Origin: Ascidiella aspersa
Taxonomy: Eukaryota
Reading direction: 5' to 3'
Assembly: GCA_963924565.1 (NCBI GenBank)
Contig: OZ004613.1
Coordinates: 4,898,001 to 4,962,000 of the forward strand
Length of the DNA: 64,000 nucleotides
In this document: in pieces, positions 53,601 through 64,000 of the stretch
How the letters are laid out: the number at the start of each line of letters is the position of its first letter
How positions within the stretch are numbered: position 1 is the first letter of the stretch
Notes under the pieces: model-generated
Database searches by the model: none
Told to the model about the DNA's origin: nothing
The model's input: the letters and a program-made list of their open reading frames with translations, nothing else
Made by a program: the position numbers and the translations under genes

Positions 53601-56600
53601 TTTCCATGTGTCCCTCTGTCAAAATAATTCACTAACCCTGTTTTATTTCATCAGAAGGGCTCTAGTTGAAGCTTTAATTTGAGACTCCAAAATCAGGTTG
53701 CGTGACTAACTAGCGGGCCAATCACAATATAAGGAAGTGGTTAGAATAGTGTTGATTGATGAACAAACCACCAGTTTTAAACTATAGATCAGCGGGGCAA
53801 AATAGGATAAAGCAGATATCACTCACAAAGTACCTCAGCGCAGTTTACAGAACTCCGGTTGGTGATTAGGAAGGTTCTTTGTGGGCTCAAATGAGCCCGT
53901 AAGTAACTGTTGTGTTATCACTTATAAAGCCAATACAAAATGCCCAATAATATGTATCACTATAGGGTGAGTTAACATTGCTTCGACCACTAAATGAAGG
54001 TCTGTAACAATTATTGAGTCCTAAAACTAACTGACTCTCCAATCTCGAGCACTTATGAAGCCAATACAAAATGCCAAATGACATGTTTCACTATAGGTTA
54101 AAATTAGCATGGCTTCGACGCAGAATGCGTATAACATAAATCTCCAATAACGCAGTACATTGCAAATAACACAGACGTCATAGTGCGTAAGTGCGAAAGA
54201 ATTGAAAAAACTTTACAATGACAACTTACGGTCAGCAAAGCAGAAGAACAGAGGGTCTCCCAGTTCTGGACAAGGGGCGCAGGAGAAGCCGGTCAGGGGG
54301 GCAATTGCGTCTATGCAGGTGGAATGACAAGCTGTTCCACACTCGTTTTTGTCGTCTGTGCAGTAATCCCCATCCCAGGCGGCGGTACAAGTACAGAATG
54401 GAATCTGGGAATTGAGAAGTTACTTGAAGTGTTAGCTGTAAATGCGGGTCAGTGCAGTGAGACAGGCTAAATTGCATGTCTTTTTTGACATTCAAACTTG
54501 GGAAACTGGAGATAATTATATCCAAGACTGGAACTACTAAATTTTGCCATTTGGCGATCTATACTTGCATATAATGTCATTTTAAGAGTTAACCCTATAG
54601 AAATGTTAAACTAAGCGTTTTGGAGTAGGCTACTTATACCTGTTAACCTTGCGCGTTACAGTGTAAGTTTTTTATGAATAGTTTAATTAAGTAGCCATTT
54701 TGTTACTCGCTGTCAAAGGTCACCGAGTACATGGCGCCTTAATTGGCAGTGTAGTTGCCCTTTGAGCAGTTGGTGTTACTGCCTTGTCGTGGTAGGAGTT
54801 CGCCTTGTTAGTTACTTGTAAGTGTTCAGCAATGAGGTGTGAAACTACTGGACCCGACTCAATATTCAAGTCATTATTCGTTAACAGGAATCAATTAACA
54901 AAACAAAGGCTCAAACAAGTGGATATATGTTAATTCAAATGAATATAGAAAACAGTATTATTAAAACAGAAACAGCATAAGTGTAAGTTAAACATCATTG
55001 CCAAACACATACAAGTAACTTACAGTATAAGCTCCTACCGCGACAAGGCTAGTAACACTAAGCGTCGTAAGAACAAATACAATGTCAAGGCACCTTAGTG
55101 ACCTTTAACCGCTTAGTGACATTTGACCTTAGTGACCTTTTAAAAGTAATAGAATGCGTACATAATTAAATTAGTCTTAAAACACTTACACTAGAACAGG
55201 CAAGGTTAACAGGTAACTACTCCTTTTTTATGGGGGTGAATTCTTATACCGACAAAAGCTAGCAAAGACCCCTAAGGTAAACATGTAGTATATAGGCACA
55301 TGAGCGCCCCCACGGGAGGGGCGAGCTGGCCACTTGCCCCTCTGAAATTTTAAAAGCGATTAATAATATTGTTTATAAGTGTATTATGCATAACATATGA
55401 AGGTTATAGAATAATATTGATTTGTATAAAAACTTCTACTGATATAAAAAATCGTATGTACATATTAGTATCATAGGTACTGTTAAATTATGTGAAAATG
55501 CTAGTATTTCCCCCTCCCCTGAAAAAGCCTCTGTATAGTATAGATCCTAAAGGTCAAAATGGAGTAGGCACAATAAAAGCACTTAAAAAACTCACGTAGA
55601 AGGAGTTGATGTTGTCGGAAACTTTGAACTGAGTCATGCTGGTCGAACACGTCCCGTTGTTGGCGCATGCGCAGAGGAACGTGGCAACGTTAAGGCTAGC
55701 AACGGCGCCCTCAGTATCAGTTGCAAAGATCTGAATACTGACCGATGTACGGTTGGTAGGAGTCCAAGTGAATAAGCCGTCTGAATGGGGAAAAATCGAT
55801 TAAATAGAGGCCATTTTCTGAAATAATAGCGGATCACTCGAATGGTTTACCAACATGAAAAGGCCTTTGCTTTCAATTGAACTTTCCAATAACGTTTAAA
55901 GTCATTATTTGTAACATAATGGCTGGAGGTTATAGTATATAAGACGTAGTAAGAATATCAAAGCCCATACTGAAGTATAGGTATCATTTTGAACTTTTAG
56001 GAATAAGTCTTTATTTATAATCAACATAGTCACATTGTTTTCTATGCTGAAAATGAATAAATATTTATTCGAAAGGTTCAAATGGATACCTATACTTCAG
56101 TATTTTGTTAAGTTAGATAGCGGTTTTTCAGCTGAAAACTAACCGTTATCAAAGAGTGAAATATGATTATTACTATAGTACAGTTTGTAACCAGAGTTAT
56201 TTAAATAATGACTTAAGTCCAAGTCAAGTGATTTGAAAACATTGACTTCACTACAACACATTCGAAAAACTAAAGTTTAAAAAAAATATAAATAATTAGC
56301 TTTTATTAGCCACACACAAATATAACCCCTTTTAACTCCGAGTTATGTTAAATGACTTCCAAAAAAATAAAGACCTGTTAACGTACGGGCTCGTTAGCAG
56401 CATTTTGTGGACATTGTCGCTAACAATTTTCACCTAAATTGCGGCATGGTAACCTGTTACCAGTATGACATGTTACCAGTATGACATGTTACCAGTATGA
56501 CATGTTACCAGTATGACCTGTTACCAGTATGACCTGTTACCAGTATGACCTGTTACCAGTATGACATGTTACCAGTATGACATGTTACCAGTATGACATG

Positions 56601-59600
56601 TTACCAGTATGACCTGTTACCAGTATGACCTGTTACCAGTATGACCTGTTACCAGTATGACATGTTACCAGTATGTACTGTTACCAGTATGACCTGTTAC
56701 CAGTATGACCTGTTACCAGTATGACATGTTACCAGTATGACATGTTACCAGTATGACATGTTACCAGTATGTACTGTTACCAGTATGACCTGTTACCAGT
56801 ATGACCTGTTACCAGTATGACCTGTTACCAGTATGACCTGTTACCAGTATGACCTGTTACCAGTATGACATGTTACCAGTATGACATGTTACCAGTATGA
56901 CCTGTTACCAGTATGACATGTTACCAGTATGTACTGTTACCAGTATGACCTGTTACCAGTATGACATGTTACCAGTATGTACTGTTACCAGTATGACCTG
57001 TTACCAGTATGACCTGTTACCAGTATGACCTGTTACCAGTATGACATGTTACCAGTATAGGTTAAAGAGGGAAATTACAACGATAAGAATGACACCGCAA
57101 AACCCCCGAGGGTACTAAGCCTTCAAAAAAAAAATAGTTGTTCAACCACTACTAGACACAAATCCCATATAATGACATTGCCAGCTCTATCTTCATACAG
57201 GTAAACCTCTCCACTTACCAGGAGTAATGCTTGCTGAAGAGTCGTTCACGATTGAGCCACCGAGCGAAAAAGTGACGTTTTTGCCTTCAGGGTCAGTTGC
57301 AAAGAATCGTCGGGTGAAGTTCTGATTGATCCTTGGTCGGATCTCACCACTGCTCTCATTGAAGATTGGCAGCTGGTTCACTGTTGCGGAAAAACGGTTT
57401 TTAAACGTCGTTGGAGATTGGTCTTAACGGTGCCGGTTTAAAACGTTGCGTTGTAACTCAATATCTTTTGATATAGAAATATAAGTGTTTTTGAAATTTT
57501 TTTCTTGAATTATGCCTGTGGCATAAAATTAACCTGATACAAGTGAATTATGCCAAATTACATGAATGACGCTATTTAAGAAAGATTAAATAAAGGTTTT
57601 TAACGATTTTCATTACAAAGTAATTTTTATGTCACTTACTAAGTAAAAATAGCTGGGTCGTTTTGCTACCTTTACTAAAAAGTTGTTATATTCATCTGAT
57701 AGTTTGGACGCATGTAAATAACCTTAGGAGTCCTGATAAAAGAAATGCTCTTGTTTTTATCTTATACAGTAATGATTGAACTTAAACATAATTTTAAACA
57801 TGGCAATAAAACAAAAAATAGCACCTATTACCTAACAATTTCCTAGGTATAACCACAGCAATACAGCAGATACAACCTGTAACTAAAGCACATGCTGCTA
57901 TGATCCCTAACCTTGTCCTCACAATTAACCAACATGCTTAGCCAGACGTTTACAGCTAATGCCTTGTATTCTGTAAGCACGAGATACTTACCGACAGGTG
58001 GTGGTTGTAGAATGTCGATGATGGATTGGCCTCTGCTCGGGTCGTTTGATATGAGCACATCTTGCATGCATTGTGGGGAAACTGCCCCGTTGCTCTAAAA
58101 TAACGAGGGAAACTTTTAGGAATTATTCAGGATGATAACGATAGTAAAGCGCGTGTGGAAATGTCGCCAACGGAAATGTTTATTTTAAATTAATTACAAT
58201 CTGCCAAATTCAAAACCGGATTTTTGCCAAATAACAACAACAAATGGTAACATTTTGCCAAAAAAAGAAAGTACTATTTTTACGACTAAAAAACAAAAAT
58301 TGGTTACATTTTGCCAATTAAAAACAAAAATTGGTAACATTTTGCCTAATAAAATTAAAACATTGGTAACAATTTGCCAATTAAAAACAAAATTGGTAAC
58401 ATTTTGTAATATGACAAACTTTTATAACTTTATTTGTACCTCATAATATCGTTGGAACTCTTCAACGAAAAATTATCCTGACCCGATTGAGTATTGCGCA
58501 TCAAGTTACTGGCCCAAGTTTTAGTTTAAATAAAAACGTAATTTGGAACTTTTATTTGTCAATTTACCTTTTTCGCAGATATAATCACTCACGGCACGCA
58601 TGGCATAAAATACTGATCTTTTGTGAAACTATTTGAAATACAAAACTTCACTGTTCCGCAAACAAATGGGAAGAGCATGACTTCTCAAAACACAATGGAT
58701 TTATCAAAAATGCCAATATCCCCAGCCGAGTTTTCCTACTCGTATTTCACCACTGCTACTCACCGTACAAGTCGTTGCTGCTGCTTCGATACTCGCATTG
58801 GTTCCCGAGGCGAGTAGCTCCTGAAGGTAGACGGCTTGGAAGTCGAGTATGTTGTAAGTAGACCAAGTCTCGCCACTCGAGTAGGTGAATATCGACTCGG
58901 GAGCGCTCACTCGCCCTGGAACGAGTACATTTAAATGTTGGATTGTAAACACCCCCGACTCAGAAACGGTAGAATTTAAAATTAGAACGAGTAGAAAATG
59001 TCATGGTAATGGAGACATATATATTACAACGAATGTTCGTTAAATTCCTAATATATCTTTGATCTAAATTCGCACTTCAAGAATAAAAGTTTTTATGTTG
59101 GAAGACACAAGATAAAAACATAGTACACAGCGATATAAAATAGAACTCACTTTTACTTACTTAGAACATTTTAAAATGAAATCTCATGAATAAAACTACA
59201 ACTCTATTCCATTTATACGTTATTACGACTATTAGGTATTAGTTCTATTTTGGTCTTATTCCGAAGTGTGTTTTATTCCAACGTTCATTTTGTTCTCATT
59301 TCGGGCTTACGGCTGAAGTCCCTTGACACAAGCCATATCAGCACAAAAAATACTTACATGATTCGGCAAAGGGTTGGGTCAGGGGTCCCAGGAAGGTTCC
59401 AGCAGGAATATATTCGTTCCACCTCACTTCAGCCAGATTGCTTGGTGACGTAATGGTCTTGTACGTCAGAGTGTCGATCTGTGCGTAACTTCCGTTGCGG
59501 AAACGGAAGTCGTTGCTTTTGTTGCCGTCCTTGTAACCTAAGTAGAAGTGATGTATTGACTTAAGTCTATAACTTGACTTAAGTGCACGTAACTGATGTC

Positions 59601-62583
59601 AAATGGCTTGGTTTGGATTCAGTCTTTTTAAAACAAATGACTTGATTTTTTTAAGTCACCGGGCAACATGACCTGACCTAAGTCTTTTAGACAAATGACT
59701 TTTTTTGTGGGAAAATGAATTGACTTGACTTAAGTCTTTTGGACCAATGACTTGAATTGACTTAAGTCTTTTGGACCAATGAATTGACTTGACTTAAGTC
59801 TTTTGGACCAATGACTTGAATTGACTAAATTTTTTTTGGCAAATGACTTGCCTTGACTTAAGATTATTGGACAAATGACTAGACTTAAATTCACTTAAGT
59901 TACATTTTTAAATAACTTGATTTTTAAGTTCTTTGGGCAAAATGACTTGACTTAAATTAGGTATTTTAGGCCAATAACATGGATTGCAAAAAGTTTTTTT
60001 TTTAGGCACTTTCTTTTTACATTTTTTTTATCTTGATTGTAGCAGTTAAAACAAAATGTTTGCTAAATGTTGCGTTTTTGTTATTTTTTAGTTGAGATAT
60101 TTCTCACAATCGGACTAATTTGCCTATTTTAAAAGTTTAGAGTTTCATTTTTATGGCAAGGACTTGGCTTTCTCTAATTATAACTTGGCTGGGACTTAAG
60201 TTATTTTATAAATACCTTGACTAAAACTTAAGGGATTTCAAATTGACTTGCTTTAAACCACTGTAAAGTAGCTTTCATTTAGGATAGCTTTCTTGTAGTC
60301 CAAACGCGCCTCAAAATAAAGCGGTGGTATGTAAGCTTTTTGATATCACGAACCCACCTAGTATCGGACGAGTTCCGGTACCACTCTGTATCGCGTACCG
60401 GTTCAGATCCGATATTATCGTAAATACCAAGTGAATCCACTTACCATTCAGTCCAACGACCCTCGTGTTGTATGACGTGCTAAGTAATGACGACACAAGT
60501 ATTATTCCAGAAGATTCCGAGAGCGTGAACGTCACTTCGTCGTCGTTGTTTAAGTTCTGGTAGAAGAGCTCGAGGGTATTCCCCGACATGGAGAGGCGCG
60601 TAGTTCCGTTTATGAGACCTGAGCGGGCAAAACAAACTTGGTCAAAACGAAGAGTGTTGATAGAGTCTAATTATCAGGTTTCCTTTGGATGTAAATTCGT
60701 ATCCTTTCTGTTTGTTTTACATTTATTAAGTGCTATTGTTTTAGGGGACAAAACTAATTTTTTTTTTCGGTTTTTGATGACCGTTTGATTTTGGTTTTGA
60801 TTACTGTTTTAGCCCTGCAGAACTAAAAAACGGTGTGCTTAAATAAACGCTTAAAAAGTGGAAATGTAGAAGACTTATTCGAATATTTATATTCGGCTAA
60901 GTATGTTAGGGCCATTAGTAAATTGAAAAGGCGGACAATATTTACTTTTAAGATAATAAGACAGAGCAAAATTCCACGGACAAAAAATAACAATTGCTAA
61001 ATTGTTAACGTTTTAAGAAATTTAGATTTTTTGCCAAACGAATGTAATTTGCATGTATATTTTTAAGTCGTTGTTCTGAATGTATTTAGTCTATCTTCAT
61101 GGTTTCTTAACAAGGGGTGCTCGTACCCCTTGGGGGTGCGCGAACTGTTTCTAGGGGGTACGGGGATGCTCAATCAGACACAAAAAATGTATAACTGTAT
61201 TGTATTTCTTTGCTTAGGGAAATATATAGGCTACCTCACATTTTGTTATTGTTTTAAGTTGCCTAACTGCATAAAAATAAAAATAAATGTAGAAAAATAA
61301 GTTCTCGTCAAACCCCAAAAAGGGGTGCGAGAATTGGTTGGTGATTTTAAGGTTATGCATCAAGAGAAAAGGTTCAGGGCCACTCTATACCTATAGCTGA
61401 CTGGCGTCAGTTTATTCCTTCGTGAAGTTTCGCGAATAGATTCTTACCTGGGTTCACTATGCACGGATCTGTAATGTAGCTTGATAATAAATTTCAAAGC
61501 CAGAAAGGTCGAGTAGATCGACAGCATCTTGATTAAGACGTTTTGATACGAACTTGTATTATCTTCAGTTAATGTGAAGATAATATAGCGTATTTACGGA
61601 ATCTTGTACGAAAAGTCAAACTTATTTTGGCCAGTAAAAATATCAAAACCAACTTAACAGGTACACTATGCACGGGTCTGTTATGTAGCTTGATAATAAA
61701 TTTCAAAGCCAGAAAGGTCGAGTAGATCGACAGCATTTTGATTAAGACATTTCGATACGAACTTCTATCTAGGTTCTTACCTGATCCTGAGGTGACTTGT
61801 GCCACTTGGGCTGAGCTCGCTCTCACCCCATCGATGTATATCGTCATATTGCCTACGTCACCACCTCCAGTGCTATTCACGCGGAACTCGAAAACCGTGT
61901 TCGAGATTGCCTTGTTGCGAATGGCGACTGCCGTGATCACTGAAGCGTTCACGAAGCTGCCGTTGACGTCACGATTGCGCGTCATACGAACCTGACCAAT
62001 AGGAAAGCAGCAGGGTGAGTGTTGTTGCTCTAGTCGGGTTTAGTTAAGATTTTCGCTGTAAATTTATGTGCGCGAATTAACTTATTAATTATACTGTTAC
62101 CTAACTTTTAATGATTTTTAGTTGTAAAATTTGTAATTCGTTGATTGTACAGAAACTTTACTTTTTTTTAAATAAAGTTTGAATTTAAAACGCATTTGTT
62201 CTGCTTTTTTTTACATTTATCCCAAATTTCTGTGAAACCCTTTCGTAAACATAATAATCTGCAACAAGTAAGGAATGTACAACTGGCTCTGGTAACGCTA
62301 ATTTGCTAATCTTGGTGTGTCTAATAAATCTATATTTCACCAAAAAAACACATTAAAAACAGAATAAAACACATTCAAGTAACAAATAAATTTTGTAGCA
62401 AATAAGGAAACAAAACATGATTCGGACAGGGTAAATCCCCTGTTACGATACCACTACTGACCTGAACATCCAACTCGTTTGTGGTTGAGTTGTCGGCCCT
62501 GATTAGCACGAACTCGCCGAGTCCCGAGAATGAGTAGAGGTTGCTGTCGAAGGTCTGCAGATGGGGATCTCCCGCAACGCGAA
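23445..62583 (-). CDS. Giant transmembrane mucin-like protein (VWD-EGF-FN3-PTS-SEA-EGF-TM), 5' end outside the window
   Basis: At least 38 exons joined with consistent phases (one apparent 1-nt indel in the PTS exon). Domain segments are listed separately below. Confidence 0.85.
23727..24058. repeat. 134-bp tandem duplication (~2.4 copies), with degenerate copies extending to ~24430
   Basis: ggggccgcattagagaaagtgtgttggagaaccggg recurs at ~23754, ~23888 and ~24022. Confidence 0.9.
25600..25685 (-). CDS. Giant mucin: alternative terminal TM exon A (tail-less)
   Basis: Acceptor TTTGCAG|, phase 1; [28 protein letters not shown]. Confidence 0.72.
26531..30440 (-). CDS. Giant mucin: module 2, PTS-Cys loop-SEA-cbEGF-EGF (exons 30440-30114, 29513-29425, 28606-28399, 27533-27386, 26658-26531)
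   Basis: (TTAP/TTGP)n; [13 protein letters not shown]; SEA with YASGSIVA; [19 protein letters not shown]; YCLNGATC...WYEGARCE. Confidence 0.85.
28187..28331. mobile_element. Family A MITE copy
   Basis: Same inverted arms. Confidence 0.75.
28655..28835. mobile_element. Family B MITE rich in GAGTCCGACTC motifs (related copies at ~18078-18465 and ~32300-32375)
   Basis: Recurrent gagtcgg/ccgactc units with cagg(g)ctg ends. Confidence 0.6.
30805..36035 (-). CDS. Giant mucin: module 1, Cys loop-SEA-cbEGF-EGF (exons 36035-35973, 34090-33981, 32642-32441, 31746-31608, 30938-30805)
   Basis: [13 protein letters not shown]; SEA with FTSGSVIA cleavage-type motif; [19 protein letters not shown]; YCLNGGTC...GFEGDRCE. 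Confidence 0.85.
34538..34819. mobile_element. Non-autonomous hAT-like MITE
   Basis: 15-bp TIR CAGTGCTTCTCAACC/GGTTGAGAAGCACTG; 8-bp TSD gattaaag/gattaaaa. Confidence 0.85.
34910..35195. mobile_element. Foldback MITE with ~100-bp imperfect TIRs
   Basis: atatcgtcacgctcataaccaaatt... / ...aatttggttatgagcgtgacgatat; short internal direct duplication. Confidence 0.8.
35264..35373. mobile_element. Small MITE
   Basis: TIR aatagaggaatcaggtggca / tgccacctgattcctctatt. Confidence 0.72.
37013..38955 (-). CDS. Giant mucin: ~1.9-kb PTS (Thr/Ala/Pro/Ser) tandem-repeat exon
   Basis: 15-bp repeat array encoding TTAAA/DTTAA/STAAP/PTTAA; donor G|GTACTA at 37013; T-rich ORF 36900-38558. Confidence 0.88.
39215..44674 (-). 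CDS. Giant mucin: three fibronectin type III domains plus linker (exons 44674-44575, 44209-44100, 43600-43476, 42880-42779, 41464-41362, 41068-40928, 40458-40351, 39259-39215)
   Basis: SVTVRW...[16 protein letters not shown]; SITITWTRP...GYRISV...[14 protein letters not shown]; APDPPSNV...ATWRPP...[12 protein letters not shown]. Confidence 0.85.
41577..41892. mobile_element. MITE with imperfect long TIRs
   Basis: cgccgagatttt...cacagtcctt...cagcaaacaca / tgtgtttgctg...aaggactgtg...aaaatctcggcg. Confidence 0.65.
42238..42557. mobile_element. Non-autonomous hAT-like MITE
   Basis: TIR CAGGGGTTCTgAAACT/AGTTTaAGAACCCCTG; 8-bp TSD acttagat/atttagat. A related partial copy lies at ~31911-32130. 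Confidence 0.85.
43161..43424. mobile_element. Foldback/MITE family A, near full-length palindromic copy
   Basis: Long inverted arms gttggaggttgtagtaatacgtagtaagaatatcaaagcccatacagaagtagg... and the reverse complement. Confidence 0.8.
45283..57380 (-). CDS. Giant mucin: Ig/cadherin-like domain followed by 11 EGF/calcium-binding EGF repeats (exons 57380-57219, 55780-55596, 54404-54230, 52670-52481, 51417-51295, 50721-50596, 49549-49427, 48398-48280, 47889-47770, 47148-47002, 46262-46154, 45350-45283)
   Basis: NQLPIF...ATDPEG...DGLFTWTP...ATDTEGA; repeated D[VI][ND]EC...C.N..GS[YF].C.C..G[YF] motifs. Confidence 0.9.
45830..46130. repeat. Family D dispersed repeat with ATCGGATCGG/CCGATAC units (another copy at ~34190-34280)
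   Basis: atgtccgataatatcggatcgga...tatcggtgccgatccgatac is shared between the copies. Confidence 0.65.
47537..47628. repeat. 10-bp tandem repeat (GTTCGCATAA)n
   Basis: About 9 visible units. Confidence 0.8.
51441..51512. repeat. 28-bp tandem repeat x~2.5 next to an acceptor site
   Basis: ctagataggagtgtaca at 51441, 51469, 51497. Confidence 0.85.
54637..55215. mobile_element. Foldback element with long imperfect TIRs, TA ends (Tc1/mariner-type MITE-like)
   Basis: tacctgttaaccttgc...agtgtaagt / acttacact...gcaaggttaacaggta, with further internal inverted matches. Confidence 0.75.
55916..56103. mobile_element. Family A MITE copy
   Basis: aagacgtagtaagaatatcaaagcccatactgaagtatagg...cctatacttcagta. 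Confidence 0.72.
56453..57058. repeat. 16-bp minisatellite (TGAC[A/C]TGTTACCAGTA), ~38 copies
   Basis: Directly visible; three unit variants (GACA, GACC, GTAC). Confidence 0.95.
57992..62583 (-). CDS. Giant mucin: von Willebrand D domain and following Cys region (exons 62583-62462, 61991-61781, 60618-60445, 59537-59358, 58915-58764, 58094-57992)
   Basis: [26 protein letters not shown] (GDPH motif) and [16 protein letters not shown], typical of MUC4/SUSD2-type VWD. Confidence 0.88.
59558..60260. repeat. Family C dispersed repeat made of TGACTTGACTTAAGTC units (other copies ~9026-9320, ~12365-12452, ~14385-14620)
   Basis: Many gacttgacttaagtc units. Confidence 0.7.
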
Positions 62584-62957
62584 CTGCCACGGTCAAGGTC
62601 AAATAGTAAATGCACAACAATCTCAAGGTCATTTCTTGGCCATTGGTTTTCTATTTAGGAAACTATGGAAATATTGTTCGGATTTTCTACTTGAATAAAA
62701 GGGATTTCGTAAAAATATTTTTTTATTCTTCGTTTCAATAAAATCAATTTGGTAAAAATATATCGATTTTTGTTAATACAAAATAAATTTTAAAAGCGTT
62801 TAAGCTAATTTTGTTAAATATTATGCTACGTTTTCAGTTTTTTTTTTTTCAGTTTTTTGTAATTTTTGCCAAGGTTTTAGCCATAGTCTAATCCTGCACA
62901 GGTGGTCCGAGGCGATACAAGAAATTAAATGGTTACACATTCATATATGTTGTACAG

Positions 62958-63357
62958 CAGGGGCCGACAACCTACGGCCCGTGGGCCGGATCCGGCCCGC
63001 AAATGTAATTTATCCTTTTACAAACCAGACACGAGTCCATTTCTCATACTTTTGGACTATTTTAACTATGTAAGTGCGAAACATTTTCGCGCTTTGCATT
63101 AACGATCTTTATACGTCAGGTTTGTTTACATTATGATGATGTCATTTGAGCTAGATTAGCGCTTCTTGCTCTGTGGAAGACTGACTGCCAAAGTGCCAAA
63201 GTGCGTGGCGTACAAACGGAAAACGTATTTAAAAATATTGGACATACATTTTTAATATTTTGTTTTGAAATGTAATAAAAACTTTCATTTTGAAAAAAAT
63301 GCCAGTATCTCCAAAAAAATCGCAAAAAAAAGGTCCAAAAAAGTTTGGGAAACCCTG
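62958..63357. mobile_element. hAT/Charlie-like non-autonomous element
   Basis: CAGGGG...cggcccgtgggccggatccggcccgc subterminal motif; ends aaaccctg; no clear TSD. Confidence 0.55.
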
Positions 63358-63772
63358 GTCTAAGCTTTTAATTGAAATTTGTTTAGATCACACGCATGAA
63401 CAATGAAAAACATGTTCATTAGACGATGAATTTCCTAAATTCGGGGCAGCGCAGCAAGTTTTAGTCTGACTGTAATGCTCCAATAATTGTGTACCTAAAC
63501 ATTACTTGCTTACAGCGTTTTTTTTTATAAAATGCTGCTATACCTTACGGTAAGAGTGTCAATAAAATAGATTGCAGATTAAAGATTCAGGAAGCCCTAG
63601 ATTATAGAACCCACAATGGATTGCTGCAAATATTTTTTTTAATCATGCAAACAACCTATTCGCTTTATTAGATAAGAAGTGCCCTTAATAATAACTATAT
63701 GCCTCTTACAAAAAATCAAGTTTTCTGCAACTCTGCTATCTATTCAACGGCCTGTTAGTTTTTACAGTTGTA

Positions 63773-64000
63773 CTAAGAATATCGAAGCCCATACAGAAGT
63801 ATATCTAACTTTAACCTCCAACAATTATATTAACATGTATTTCAAACGATCAAAATGTTGCCTATAGTTCTGTATGGGTTTTAATATTCATTGTACGTCT
63901 AACTACAACCTCCAGCCATTATCTTAATATTGATTGGAAACGTTCACAAAATGCTACCTAACTTTGTATGGGCTTTGATATTCATTCTACGTCTAACTAC
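63773..64000. mobile_element. Family A MITE copies (compound, run off the window edge)
   Basis: aagaatatcgaagcccatacagaag and two tgtatggg.ttt.atattcatt arms. Confidence 0.7.

Noticed and set aside
53826-53910. Possible extra small exon in the EGF array
   Set aside because: No acceptor of compatible phase; flanking exons join cleanly without it (FAD-L-CLTT).
56453-57058. CRISPR-like array
   Set aside because: No unique spacers, eukaryotic intron, no cas genes; a simple minisatellite.

Overview
AT-rich, intron-rich eukaryotic (animal) genomic DNA. The gene style suggests an invertebrate chordate such as an ascidian, but that is inference only. I assembled exons by hand using GT/AG sites and intron phase and found five genes, all encoding cell-surface or membrane proteins. 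(1-3) Three tandem + strand 3-exon genes encode signal peptide + Ly6/uPAR three-finger domain + Thr/Ser mucin stalk + GPI-type hydrophobic tail (4943-8246; 10107-11711, with an apparent frameshift in its signal peptide; 13937-16077). (4) A - strand 3-exon gene (17099-20175) encodes an unusual protein: about 14 NNQQNQY-type heptads (prion-like), a 14-3-3-type motif, a two-helix membrane hairpin, and a tail with PPxY/LPxY motifs. (5) A giant - strand membrane mucin is 5'-incomplete in this window (at least 38 exons, about 2,360 aa visible). Its order is GDPH-VWD, Ig/cadherin-like domain, 11 EGF/cbEGF, 3 FN3, a long PTS repeat, then a duplicated [PTS-Cys loop-SEA-cbEGF-EGF] module, ending in two alternative transmembrane exons (tail-less vs tailed). 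Introns carry several MITE/foldback families, minisatellites and local duplications of splice-site-flanking DNA. Most other ORFs in the track are spurious or shadow frames.
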